Origin: a virus
Virus record (IMG/VR): IMGVR_UViG_3300039016_000025
Coordinates: 1 to 45,876 of that record
DNA: 45,876 nt
Direction: 5' to 3' (one strand)
A program made the translations under genes and the position numbers. Shown piece after piece: positions 1-9,309 of this stretch. The notes beneath the pieces are model-generated. The model did not search any database. It worked only from the letters and a program-made list of their open reading frames with translations, and was not told the DNA's origin. Each line of letters begins with the position of its first letter. The stretch's first letter is position 1.

Positions 1-127
1 GCTTCACGAATTACATTGCCTTCTTCGTCCAGTTCGTCCGGCCAGGTTTCGACAATCTCTTCTTGCTCCGACCATTCGTCATAACAGAAAAGGGCGTATT
101 TGCTCGGGTCAAGCTTGTATTTCTTGA
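1..127. repeat. Exact 127-bp direct repeat with 45750-45876 (circular-assembly overlap or terminal redundancy)
   Basis: Both window ends read base by base: same string gcttcacgaattacattgcc ... gcttgtatttcttga. Confidence 0.95.
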
Positions 128-2483
128 AGACCTCGACAACGCTTTGGGCGCCGACGCCAAAGTGATAGCGGGCACCGTCGGCGCCTTTTTCGGCAATAGC
201 GTCATTAAACTGGAATTTACGAATCAGCTTTTTAAGTTCCAAGGCGACTTTGGTTTCGGCGTCCATGATGTCGCTAAAGGTCTTTTCTCGTTCGTCCGAC
301 GTGTTGATAGTCCCCGTGCCGGCATATACAACCGACCAACGAGTCGACACGCTGCCAAGAGTGCGGGCGTTATCGGAAACCGGTTGCAATCCGTCGCTAT
401 CCATCGTGTATTGATCGGCATTGCTTGACCGGAAGTAAATACGCGACGTCGGAAAGTAATAGTACAACTCCCCTTCCAAATTTGCGCCGCCGGCTTTGGC
501 AAAGGCGAGGCCGGCAGAATTGGACGCTCCGGCGGCCAAGGTAATTAAGTTATCTGCTGCTGAATCGACAAACATGCGGGTATTGCTGTTCGGGGAAATA
601 CCGGATACGGAATATTCAAAATGGAACGGGACTTGCGGCGTCGCAATCGCGTTGCCGCCCCATTTGAAACGGTTGTTTGTCTTGTCGTATTGGGATTTGT
701 AGGAATCTGAGCCTTGCTCAAAGCATCCGCCACCATGGGCAAAATTGCGCGTGGACGAAAACGTGTTAGTAATCGTCGTGTCATTGTACCAAGTCGACGC
801 CCCCTCGCATTCCACGTCGGCCACACTAGCGCCGGAACACGCGCAACCCATGACATGCGCCCGGCTTACGTTGGTCAAATAGATATTGCGGGCATTATTT
901 TGCAAATCGGTGTAATCGATATGACCGAAGCCGCCCGCGAACCAAACGCCGGCCGTCGTGCAATTTTTGATTAGCGGACGGTTGTTTGTACCAACAGCAC
1001 CAGCGGCGCCGCCGTAACCGACCGTGACCGTGGAATATCCGTAGGCATTGAAACCATATTGACAAGTGTCGATAATGCCGCCGGACATTGCCACACGGGA
1101 ACACACGGACGCTTGAACGCCGTTATATCCGCCGTTGAGAATGTGGACGTTCGTCATCCAACCGACGCAATGGTAATCAAATTCCAAAGCCGTACCCGTG
1201 GCCGTGACGTTTTGCAATTTCACGTCTTGAACGGCCACGTTCATGTAACCTTGGAAATACAGCAGAATTCCGCGGCTTCCCGGCGTCGTTCCATCAATGA
1301 TTGCGGTCGGAACATTCGGAGAACCGCCGACACTAGGCCCTTTAAGATTGATCGAATTTTTGCTACGCAAGCCAAAAATATAGGTTTCGTCGGTGTACGT
1401 TCCCGCGGCAAGCTGCACGGTAAATATGCCGTTACGGAGCAAAGCGTCGGACCAATTGACCAACGCATCGAATGCGGATTGAACCGTCAGGCGTGGCAGG
1501 GTTGCAGTCAAGCCGTCGTTATTGTTGTCCCCCGTGGTGGCGACATAGAGCGTATGCGTTCCGGTTTTCCCGTTGATAAGCCAGGTGTCGGAGCCGCGTT
1601 TAATTACGCCGGGGCCGGTATGGGTAACATCATGGAAATGCGGGATATTCGCCGTGGACACGTATGTTCCGGCGTCCCAATTGATTTGCGCCCCGATGGC
1701 ATAAGCGTAAGCGACGACGGCTTCGATTCCAGCCTGATTGCTGGTCGTTCCATCGACTGCAGTTTGAATGAAATTGCGGGCACTTACAAAAAACTGGTTT
1801 TTGTTTGACCCGCTGGCGTAAATGTTGGTTGCGTCCCCGACCAGGCCCACAACGTTACCCGATTGCGTTTGAACGCCAGTACCCGCCGCGGTCTTTGCCG
1901 TAATGCTGTAGCCGCCGGTCGTTTGGTTGACCAAAACCCACTGGCTGTCGATATTGGGGAAAATCAAATTCAAATCGGAAGTCAACAGGCCAGATACCAC
2001 AATGATGGGCTTGCCGTATTGGACAGGGGTTAACGTAACGTTGGCGCTAGTCATGGTGACAGCGGCAGCGCCGGTCGTGAAGTCCGGCACCCAATCCGCC
2101 GCGGCACCGCTGTCGGGGTCCGTGGTGTTTCCGTCGACGGTATTGAACCAGTAGCCGGAGCCGTCAGCGCGAAGGACGCGGGCACCCTTCGGGTATCCAG
2201 TAACGTTGCTGTCCGTTGCGAAGTCCGCGTCGTAAGGATAACCGCCCCCGGCGTTCGCCCAACGCACTACGGCCGACATTTCGTACAGAATGCCGTTCAT
2301 GTCGAGGCCGGAAGGCGGGACGCCGCCAGCCGCGACGGGCGTCATTGTGAGAGGCGGGAACCCATCGGCTAGCGATGCCGCACCAGGCGTAATGCCGATT
2401 TGGGAAGTTACCGGAATTCCGTTTTTGTTCCCGGAAGCGGCGAAAGGCAAAACCAGTTTGCCGGGGCGGTTAGATAGTTGCAT
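1..2483 (-). CDS. Tail fibre/tailspike, N-terminal 827 codons. The ORF runs off position 1 and continues at 45749 down to 45656, about 858 aa in total
   Basis: ATG at 2483 overlaps the upstream stop by 14 nt. Hand translation gives MQLSNRPGKLVLPFAASGNKNGIPV...GFPPLTMTPVAAGGVPPSGLDMNGILYE (conserved phage fibre N-terminus). The middle has a YVATTGDNNNDGLTATLPRLTVQSAF pectin-lyase-like beta-helix signature. The C-terminal part has INTSDEREK. This ORF is missing from the track because it hits the window edge. Confidence 0.8.
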   Translation of the reverse strand, partial: MQLSNRPGKLVLPFAASGNKNGIPVTSQIGITPGAASLADGFPPLTMTPVAAGGVPPSGLDMNGILYEMSAVVRWANAGGGYPYDADFATDSNVTGYPKGARVLRADGSGYWFNTVDGNTTDPDSGAAADWVPDFTTGAAAVTMTSANVTLTPVQYGKPIIVVSGLLTSDLNLIFPNIDSQWVLVNQTTGGYSITAKTAAGTGVQTQSGNVVGLVGDATNIYASGSNKNQFFVSARNFIQTAVDGTTSNQAGIEAVVAYAYAIGAQINWDAGTYVSTANIPHFHDVTHTGPGVIKRGSDTWLINGKTGTHTLYVATTGDNNNDGLTATLPRLTVQSAFDALVNWSDALLRNGIFTVQLAAGTYTDETYIFGLRSKNSINLKGPSVGGSPNVPTAIIDGTTPGSRGILLYFQGYMNVAVQDVKLQNVTATGTALEFDYHCVGWMTNVHILNGGYNGVQASVCSRVAMSGGIIDTCQYGFNAYGYSTVTVGYGGAAGAVGTNNRPLIKNCTTAGVWFAGGFGHIDYTDLQNNARNIYLTNVSRAHVMGCACSGASVADVECEGASTWYNDTTITNTFSSTRNFAHGGGCFEQGSDSYKSQYDKTNNRFKWGGNAIATPQVPFHFEYSVSGISPNSNTRMFVDSAADNLITLAAGASNSAGLAFAKAGGANLEGELYYYFPTSRIYFRSSNADQYTMDSDGLQPVSDNARTLGSVSTRWSVVYAGTGTINTSDEREKTFSDIMDAETKVALELKKLIRKFQFNDAIAEKGADGARYHFGVGAQSVVEVFKKYKLDPSKYALFCYDEWSEQEEIVETWPDELDEEGNVIRE

Positions 2484-3135
2484 GAATGGCTCCTAATGGC
2501 ATAAATACACCTTGCCCGAATGGTACAGCAGATGGCCCAGCTTCGGCAAAACCGAAAAGCGGAAGTGCGCTATTGAACATTGACGTTTCGACGCCAGCCG
2601 GGTGCGGCATCGCGCCTGATTGCGTAATTATCGCCCATTCGTAGGCGGTTAAGTCGAACTCAAACGTATACCTTAAGCGCATGCCCCCCATATCGTTGAC
2701 GTAGCATCGTCCGCGAGCGCCGAAGAGATTTTGCAAAAGTTGATTTAAGGTCGGTGCATTTGTGGCCGAAATGTTCGCCAAGGCTTTGACTAAAATCAAT
2801 TGACGATAGGCGTCGTCGTTAAGAATGTAGGTTTCAGAAACCGGAGGAATGCCGTTATAAAAGGGCTTGTCATTAAACGGAAACGACCCCGGGCTGGCTT
2901 GGCTAAATCCGAAATATTCGACCGGGGGAGGTATCAAGAGCGTCCGGTCGATATCTACGATACGCCCCCAAATGTCCAGGCCGAAGCCTTGCGCCGTATC
3001 AACGTTCCACACGTAGTCGAAGAACGCGTCGAAGTCCGCCCGCGGGTCCAAGTACGCATTCATATTCTGAACGAGTTGGAGAATCGTCGGGCTGTTCCCG
3101 TACTGGCTGATTATGGTTTTCTCAAAATCAATCAT
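2470..3135 (-). CDS. Baseplate/tail-fibre-associated protein, DUF2612-like
   Basis: 221-aa ORF, MIDFEKTIISQYGNSPTILQLVQNMNAYLDP N-terminus typical of DUF2612. Sits just after baseplate J. Confidence 0.65.
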   Translation of the reverse strand: MIDFEKTIISQYGNSPTILQLVQNMNAYLDPRADFDAFFDYVWNVDTAQGFGLDIWGRIVDIDRTLLIPPPVEYFGFSQASPGSFPFNDKPFYNGIPPVSETYILNDDAYRQLILVKALANISATNAPTLNQLLQNLFGARGRCYVNDMGGMRLRYTFEFDLTAYEWAIITQSGAMPHPAGVETSMFNSALPLFGFAEAGPSAVPFGQGVFMPLGAIHATI

Positions 3136-4346
3136 ACGAGGTTCACCGTGATATCGGACGCGCTCAACGTGGGGCGCTGGTCAATGCCGACGTCGACCTT
3201 GGTCAAAGTGGGCGTGCTGGTGCCAATCAGGATTGAAACGACGGCCACGTTGGCCGCAACGGCGGACACGGGGGCATAGTATCGGCTTGCAAAAATCGAC
3301 GCCCCGATGCGTTCCCGGGCGGTTCCGTCCGAACCGTTGAACCTGGCAATAATCGCGGCCTTGACCAAATCAACAATATTGGACGGCAACGAAGAGTCGT
3401 TGAGTATATTTACGGCGTACTTAATGGGCAGGTTCGCCGGCCGGTTGAATTTCACAGTGTAGGTCGGCAAGGGGAAATTGTAGCCAGCACCGTCGGTGAC
3501 GGTAACGGAAGTATTCCCGTTGTAATCGCAACCCAAATCCTTTTTGGTCCAAATGGCTTGCGCGATATCCGCGTCGGCGCCGCCAACGACCGCAACATAG
3601 ACCGAATGGGCGGCCATGGGGTAATTGGTCACGCCCTTGTTCACCGTGGTGCCGGCCGGGTTGTCGATAACGTAGCAATCAAGCACGTCGGCCAGGTTGA
3701 AGACTGCCGCATAAATGGCGCCGTTCGTGCCTTCGGCATTCAGGGCGACCGAATTCTTCCGGCGGTATTCAAAATCCGCCCGGCTTTCAACGTCCGACCC
3801 CATTGTGCCGTCGGCCGCGTTCGTGATTGCGTCCCAGCCCGGGACCGCTTGGTACACTTGGGTAAGCGTGCCGGCGGCGCAAGGAATCGGGCCGGTTTGG
3901 GTATTTTGGAATTCTGCAATTACCGTACCAGTTGACCCAATCGTGGCGTTACCCGCGCAAACGTAGGTATTCCCCGACGTGTCTTGCGCCAGGGTGCCGG
4001 CCGGAACAACGGTGCCGGAAAGGCCGGTAAGCGTGGCCTGCACCGTGGTCGGCGTGGCCGGCTTGCGTGTCAGGAAGTAAATGCGGGCAATGGCATCTTG
4101 GAAGCGGTCGGCGGAATATTGCGGGTCGACTTGATTCACGAATAATGCAAATTCGTTATTCTTGTCTCCGATAATCGCGGCCTGGCTGGAAGCAAGTTGG
4201 CCTTGCGGCGTTTCAAGCGCCGGATTGAGCCCGCCCCCAAAGGCGGCGTTAATGTCGTCTTGAACGCCCGCCAATACGGCAGTTTCCGCGGGAATGACAA
4301 GGCCAGCCGGCGTAAACTGGATTTTTGGAACGCTAGAAAGTGACAT
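3132..4346 (-). CDS. Baseplate J-like (gp47/JayE family) protein
   Basis: ORF 3132..4370. Preferred start is ATG 4346 (MSLSSVPKIQF), preceded by GGGAG about 9 nt upstream; the 4370 start is TTG. Long conserved baseplate J-like N-terminal half. Confidence 0.75.
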   Translation of the reverse strand: MSLSSVPKIQFTPAGLVIPAETAVLAGVQDDINAAFGGGLNPALETPQGQLASSQAAIIGDKNNEFALFVNQVDPQYSADRFQDAIARIYFLTRKPATPTTVQATLTGLSGTVVPAGTLAQDTSGNTYVCAGNATIGSTGTVIAEFQNTQTGPIPCAAGTLTQVYQAVPGWDAITNAADGTMGSDVESRADFEYRRKNSVALNAEGTNGAIYAAVFNLADVLDCYVIDNPAGTTVNKGVTNYPMAAHSVYVAVVGGADADIAQAIWTKKDLGCDYNGNTSVTVTDGAGYNFPLPTYTVKFNRPANLPIKYAVNILNDSSLPSNIVDLVKAAIIARFNGSDGTARERIGASIFASRYYAPVSAVAANVAVVSILIGTSTPTLTKVDVGIDQRPTLSASDITVNLV

Positions 4347-4692
4347 TGTTAGCCGCTCCCGTTTCGTCAATAAATTGGATTTGCCCCGTAATTTCGCGGG
4401 AGTCGAATGCCGAAATTATACATTGAGCGGACACGACGCCGGGAACTGTTAGCGCCGCTTTCTCAATGTAGCCCGTCATAAGTGACAGCGGCGGCAAGTG
4501 CCCTAGCACGTCTTCAAAGTACGGAATGCCCTTTTTCGTGGAGTACCACAGTTCCCCCAGGAACAGGCGCACGGCGCTTGCAACGTCTTGGGCCAAGGCG
4601 TAAGGGGGCGTCGCCATGGCGATATTGCCGGCGCTGTCTATGACCAAATCCCATTGCCCTTGGTCAAGCAAAAGCGTGTTGTATTGCGTCAT
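4333..4692 (-). CDS. Small baseplate wedge protein (function by position)
   Basis: 119-aa ORF between the spike-like and baseplate J-like genes, overlapping both. Confidence 0.45.
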   Translation of the reverse strand: MTQYNTLLLDQGQWDLVIDSAGNIAMATPPYALAQDVASAVRLFLGELWYSTKKGIPYFEDVLGHLPPLSLMTGYIEKAALTVPGVVSAQCIISAFDSREITGQIQFIDETGAANNVTF

Positions 4693-5450
4693 ACTGGCGC
4701 CCCTGTGTTACCGCCCCCGGTTTGAACTCCCCCGTGGACGTGATTATGAAGGCTCTTGCCCTGTCCAACAACATCGTTGACGACGTTGAGTGGTCCAAGC
4801 ATTTCACAGGCGCCCCCGGCACTCCCTTTGCCTTGGCTCAAGGGTCCGTTAAGCACGGTTGAACCGTTGACCGTGAAGGTTGGCGTATTGACAGTGCAAG
4901 ACGTAGCGGCGTCGATTTCAACGACCGGGGCATCAATGACCACGGCCGTCGGGGAATGAATTTTGATGCCCGCGGCGCTGAATTGGACGTATTGCGTCGG
5001 CGTACCGTTGAGCATGCCGCCAAGGTACATGCCGTCGGCAAAGCTGTATTGGCGATGGCTCCCCGGGTTGCCTTGCTTCTTGGTCGACTTGACTTGCGAA
5101 ATGTCACGGGACGCGAAGACGGCGACGCCAATGTCCCCTTTTTGCGGGTCAATAATGATGCCGTTCGCGCCGCCCTGCAGCCGGAAATAGGGCACGTTGT
5201 AAATTGTCACATGGGGCGTCGGGTTGCCCTGGCCGTCAAGCTGGTTGATCATGGGCGTGACGTCGACATATCCAACGGGGGACAGGCCGCCCGCGTTCGT
5301 GCAAGCCTCAATCCGGACCAGGGTCGCGGTTTGCATCTTCCCTAGTGCCTGTTGCACCATGAAAGCCATATTGTTGAATTCGCCCCAAGTGCTGGCCGCT
5401 TTAAGCTGGCCGCTTGGGATTCCGTTAGCGTCCGACGACGGCGAGGCCAT
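4689..5450 (-). CDS. Baseplate central spike / assembly protein V-like (Mu gp45-like)
   Basis: 253 aa. Has an OB-like segment TATLVRIEAC...VDVTPMINQLDGQG and a Gly/His-rich C-terminal tip HNHVHGGVQTGGGNTGAPV. Confidence 0.55.
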   Translation of the reverse strand: MASPSSDANGIPSGQLKAASTWGEFNNMAFMVQQALGKMQTATLVRIEACTNAGGLSPVGYVDVTPMINQLDGQGNPTPHVTIYNVPYFRLQGGANGIIIDPQKGDIGVAVFASRDISQVKSTKKQGNPGSHRQYSFADGMYLGGMLNGTPTQYVQFSAAGIKIHSPTAVVIDAPVVEIDAATSCTVNTPTFTVNGSTVLNGPLSQGKGSAGGACEMLGPLNVVNDVVGQGKSLHNHVHGGVQTGGGNTGAPV

Positions 5451-6300
5451 TAGCGTTACCCCTTACATTTGAAAACCAGGCGCCGCCCGGCTTTTCGGAT
5501 TCCAGCCGATGGCCGACCGAAGTTACAACCCATTCCCCGGCCGCTTGTTGCACGTCCGTTACCAGCTTGACGGAGCCCCCAAAGGTAATTGCCGGATTGA
5601 ATAGGGTTTGAAAATTGACGCCCACACCGTCAAAGGTTGGATAGCCAACCAAGCCGGACGCTGGCGAAATGAGCGGAATAATTACCTTGCGGGGCACGTT
5701 CGGGGGCGTGATTGCCAATATCTTGTCGTCAAGGTACAGGTCGCACCCGGCGGCCCGTGCAAGGTCTTTGGCCTGTTCCATGCCGGTATTGGGCAGATAC
5801 ACGTCGACCAGTTGCGTAGTAACGCCGTTGTTCTCGAAAGTGTAGCCCAGGTCGCGGGCAATCTGCCCCATGACCGTGGCAACATCGACGCGCCCCTTGA
5901 AGCTCCGGGGCGGTACAGCCTTCAAGGTATTGAAGAAGGCGGATTGCGCCTGAATGTGGAGGAAGACGTCGGGCATGCCTTGATAATCAGCCCAGGCGTT
6001 AACGATGTTGCCGGCGAATACCAGCGTTTCCGCGGCGCCGTCAATGGCGTAGACTTCCACGGTGTTGGGAATGAGCGTACCGGGCTTCCATTGCAGCGTC
6101 GTAACGCTGTTCATATCGGCTTGCGCGACGCCGTAAATTTTGGCGCGTAGGGTGCCCATCATCATGCCGCCGGCCTTGTCAATGTCCGCAATTGCGCGGA
6201 AGCCCTGCAGCGTAATGGTGTCATTATCGGACGACCCAAACTTCCCCGTTCCCAAGGTAATGACGAAGCGGAGCGCCTTTTTATTTTCAAATGAGGGCAT
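5425..6300 (-). CDS. Putative baseplate hub protein
   Basis: 291-aa ORF between the tape-measure-proximal genes and the spike. Assigned by synteny only. Confidence 0.4.
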   Translation of the reverse strand: MPSFENKKALRFVITLGTGKFGSSDNDTITLQGFRAIADIDKAGGMMMGTLRAKIYGVAQADMNSVTTLQWKPGTLIPNTVEVYAIDGAAETLVFAGNIVNAWADYQGMPDVFLHIQAQSAFFNTLKAVPPRSFKGRVDVATVMGQIARDLGYTFENNGVTTQLVDVYLPNTGMEQAKDLARAAGCDLYLDDKILAITPPNVPRKVIIPLISPASGLVGYPTFDGVGVNFQTLFNPAITFGGSVKLVTDVQQAAGEWVVTSVGHRLESEKPGGAWFSNVRGNANGLAVVGR

Positions 6301-6595
6301 ATTCTTCCGCCGTCAAATAGACCATGGCAAAGCGGTCGCCTAAGCCGGAATAGCTGGGGTCGTCGCTCCCTTGGGAATCAATAAAAAGTAAGTTTCCGGC
6401 AAACCCGGCGTACTCCCGGCACACCAGCGGGACCGCGTCGCGGGCGATGGTTGCCACAGCCACGTCGACGCCATTTACCGCAACATCAACAAAGACGCCT
6501 TGCGGCTTTTGGTACACAAGAATTTGGCAATTCTGGCCGCCTAAAACCACTTTGACGGATTGGGACGGCACGGGCTGTAACGGTACGGCTTGCAT
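6287..6595 (-). CDS. Hypothetical tail/baseplate protein
   Basis: 102-aa ORF, overlaps and is co-oriented with its neighbours in the tail module. Confidence 0.5.
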   Translation of the reverse strand: MQAVPLQPVPSQSVKVVLGGQNCQILVYQKPQGVFVDVAVNGVDVAVATIARDAVPLVCREYAGFAGNLLFIDSQGSDDPSYSGLGDRFAMVYLTAEEYALI

Positions 6596-7350
6596 TATTT
6601 CACCAACCCTTGCAGGTAGGAACTTGCCTTATCAGCAAGCCCCGGGAGTTTATCGGCCAAGCTCTTGAGCGTTGAGGGCTTGGGCGTTTGGGCCTGCACC
6701 TTGCCATTATCGACTTGGGGTGTTGCTCCGGCGTCTTTCGGTGCGTCAACTTGCCCCTTGTCCGATATCGAATAGGCTGCCGATACCTGGCGGATTTCCT
6801 TCAAGGTGATTTCCACAAGAAGAAGGGTCGCCCCCTTGCTGTTGCGGCGCTGGTAGTTGTACCGCTCGACGCTGTAGTCAATATAGGTAACTTCGGGCGT
6901 TACAACGCTGTACAGGTCCGTCGATTTGCAGGCGGCGTCGATGGCGTCCAAAAAGGTGCGGCGGTTCTTTTCGCTCCCCGTCAGGCACAAGGTAACGGTC
7001 GGCGCCGCGGGGGCTTCGACCTTGTTGTAGCTGGCAAAGCTGCCTTGCTCAATCGGGAAGTCGCTTACGCGGGTTTCCTTGGAATACTCCACGGCGTTGG
7101 TGGACAGCGTGGAGCCCAGGCCGGCGGCGTCCAAGGCGTTACCAATGAGCCCGGTGAACTTGGCCGGGTCGCCAAGGGGCTTGCCTTGACTGTCAAAGAT
7201 GCCCCAACGGGTTTCAACTTGGAAGATGCGCCAAAGCATACCCTGTACCAGCCCCAGGCCAGCGCGAACGGCCGGCGGGAAGTTTGGCGACCGGGGAAGC
7301 GCCGGCACGCCTGGCAACTTCGGTACGTTGGGGAAAGGGATAAGCGCCAT
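6595..7350 (-). CDS. Tail/baseplate protein distal to the tape measure (DNA-circulation-like position)
   Basis: 251-aa ORF immediately downstream of the tape measure gene. Confidence 0.45.
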   Translation of the reverse strand: MALIPFPNVPKLPGVPALPRSPNFPPAVRAGLGLVQGMLWRIFQVETRWGIFDSQGKPLGDPAKFTGLIGNALDAAGLGSTLSTNAVEYSKETRVSDFPIEQGSFASYNKVEAPAAPTVTLCLTGSEKNRRTFLDAIDAACKSTDLYSVVTPEVTYIDYSVERYNYQRRNSKGATLLLVEITLKEIRQVSAAYSISDKGQVDAPKDAGATPQVDNGKVQAQTPKPSTLKSLADKLPGLADKASSYLQGLVK

Positions 7351-7351
7351 A

Positions 7352-9304
7352 TTAGGTCAACCCGTAATTTGCTTGAGAGGTAAAGAGGTAATCCAGGGAC
7401 TTGCCCATATCCTTGGCAATGCCGTTGGCGTCCGTGGCGGCCGTGTATACCTTGACCTCCCCAATGTGGGTTTCAACGCTCTTGGACGTGGCGCCAGGGG
7501 CCGCGGCGGCGTTTGCTTGGGCAACCTGCACCGCACCAGCCCCGACGGCCGCCTGAGAGGCGCCAGGCACGCCCCCGAGCATTGCAAGGGCCATTTGTCC
7601 CCGCTTGGCCGCTTCACCCTCCCGGTCAGCCGGGCGTTCGTAGTGCTTGGACACGATGGCCGCGGCTTCGTCCGCCCGCGTCGCACCTTTAAGCAAGTTT
7701 CCGGCTTTGCGTTCGTTACCTTGGGTCAATTCATATTGCATGAAGGCCATTTGCTCTTCAATTGACGACCCTTGAATCGGTTTGCCAAAGACCTTTTGGA
7801 AGACGGCTTGCCGGTCGGGGTGCCATTGGCCGATGCCATACGCCTTGCCGTTGTCGCCCACGGCGTCCGCCCTAAAGGCGCTTTCCCGCTTGATGTTGGC
7901 GGCCAAGCCTGCAGCCTGCTCCCGCGACCAGCCTTGGGCCTGAAAATAGGCCATTGCGGCTTGCTCTTCCTTGGCGCCGCCGGCCGGGCTCTTGCCGGTG
8001 GAATTGACAGTACCGGAGGGGGCGGCGGCCGGGCTCTTGCCGGTGGAATTGACAGTACCGGAGGGGGCGGCGGCCGGAGCCGGGGAACCGGGGGCGCCCG
8101 GGGGTGCTGGGGCTTCTTCGGCGCCATACTTCTTGCCGTTGCCGCTCAAGAATTCCCCGGCGGCGAACTTGGCCCGCTTCCAATCGCGTTCAAACACGGC
8201 GGACAGCACGTCGGCCGCGGCAATTGCACGGTACACCATGTCGCCCAACAAGTCCTTAAGCCATTTGATTGCCTGGCCGGCGGCCTTAAATCCGGGTTCC
8301 CATTTGCCCCAATCAATGAAGCTATCGCCCCCGCGTTTCCACGTTTGGTAATCTTGCCACAGGGCGGCGATTGCGGCGGCCAGTGCCAGCACGGCGACCA
8401 CAGTCAGGTTAATGGGAATCGTAGCCGCGGCGATGCCCGCCAGGCCGACGACAATGATGGTAAGGAACGTTTGCACGAATTCCTTATTTTCCCGAATCCA
8501 GGCGCCGAAGTCCGCGAAAATGGCAAACATTTTTTCCAGCGCCGGAGTAGCGGCCGACAGCAATTCGCGGCCGAACGCTTCAAAGCTTTGCCGGCTGGAA
8601 ACCATGGCGTTACGCAAGCGGCTGGCCTCTTCGGCTTGCTGCTTGGTTACGGCCCCGTACTCCTTTTGCCGGGCAATCATCAATTCAACTTCCGACCGCC
8701 CCTTAAGCAAAAGTTGCATGGTGCCTTGGTCAATACCCATCATGCGGCCCATGTTGTTGGCCGTGGTCCGGTCCATCTTACTAAAGCGGTCGGACAGGTC
8801 TAGCAACAGGTCATTGACGGGGCGGGCTTTGCCTTGCGTATCGGCCAGGCTCATGCCCAGCGCGGAGAAATACGGGATAAGGGAGGATTGCCCGGTAAGC
8901 TGCAATTCAGTTTGCGACTTACTGAGCATGTCCATAGTGCCTTGCAAGCCTTCCCCGGTCCCGCCGGCCAGTTCGGCGGCATTGGACCATGCGGAAATGC
9001 TATTGACACTTTGGTCGAGGTTTTGCGCGAAGCGGTCAAGGGCCGCGTTTGCTTCTATCTGGTTTTCAATGAACCGCTTTACGGCCATTGTCCCGCCGAT
9101 GATGGCAAGGAATTTGGCGGCGCTTTTGGCTACATTCTCAAAGCCGTCGGCGCCGTCCTTTCCGGACTTCTTGAGTTTCGACCCGGTCTTTTCCGCTTCG
9201 GCGCCGGTATCCTTAAGGCCCTTGTCGACCTTGGACTTCTTGGCCTCAAACTCCGAAGAGTCAAGGCCAAGTTTTACCAGTAAGCTGTCGATAATTGTAG
9301 CCAT
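7352..9304 (-). CDS. Tape measure protein with C-terminal tail-lysozyme-like domain
   Basis: 650 aa. Has a coiled-coil N-terminus and a hydrophobic block FLTIIVVGLAGIAAATIPINLTVVAVLALAAAIAALW. The C-terminal block YFQAQGWSREQAAGLAANIKRESAFRADAVGDNGKAYGIGQWHPDRQ resembles phage tail lysozyme domains. Confidence 0.8.
   Translation of the reverse strand: MATIIDSLLVKLGLDSSEFEAKKSKVDKGLKDTGAEAEKTGSKLKKSGKDGADGFENVAKSAAKFLAIIGGTMAVKRFIENQIEANAALDRFAQNLDQSVNSISAWSNAAELAGGTGEGLQGTMDMLSKSQTELQLTGQSSLIPYFSALGMSLADTQGKARPVNDLLLDLSDRFSKMDRTTANNMGRMMGIDQGTMQLLLKGRSEVELMIARQKEYGAVTKQQAEEASRLRNAMVSSRQSFEAFGRELLSAATPALEKMFAIFADFGAWIRENKEFVQTFLTIIVVGLAGIAAATIPINLTVVAVLALAAAIAALWQDYQTWKRGGDSFIDWGKWEPGFKAAGQAIKWLKDLLGDMVYRAIAAADVLSAVFERDWKRAKFAAGEFLSGNGKKYGAEEAPAPPGAPGSPAPAAAPSGTVNSTGKSPAAAPSGTVNSTGKSPAGGAKEEQAAMAYFQAQGWSREQAAGLAANIKRESAFRADAVGDNGKAYGIGQWHPDRQAVFQKVFGKPIQGSSIEEQMAFMQYELTQGNERKAGNLLKGATRADEAAAIVSKHYERPADREGEAAKRGQMALAMLGGVPGASQAAVGAGAVQVAQANAAAAPGATSKSVETHIGEVKVYTAATDANGIAKDMGKSLDYLFTSQANYGLT
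7982..8071. repeat. Perfect 45-bp tandem duplication inside the tape measure gene (APSGTVNSTGKSPAA x2)
   Basis: 7982-8026 and 8027-8071 are identical when read base by base, and in frame. Confidence 0.9.
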
Positions 9305-9309
9305 GTGGA

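Noticed and set aside
1-127. Interpreting the 127-bp end repeat as a true direct terminal repeat of the virion DNA.
   Set aside because: It falls in the middle of the tail-fibre coding sequence and merely restores the ORF. An assembly overlap of a circular or permuted genome is more parsimonious, though this cannot be excluded without reads.
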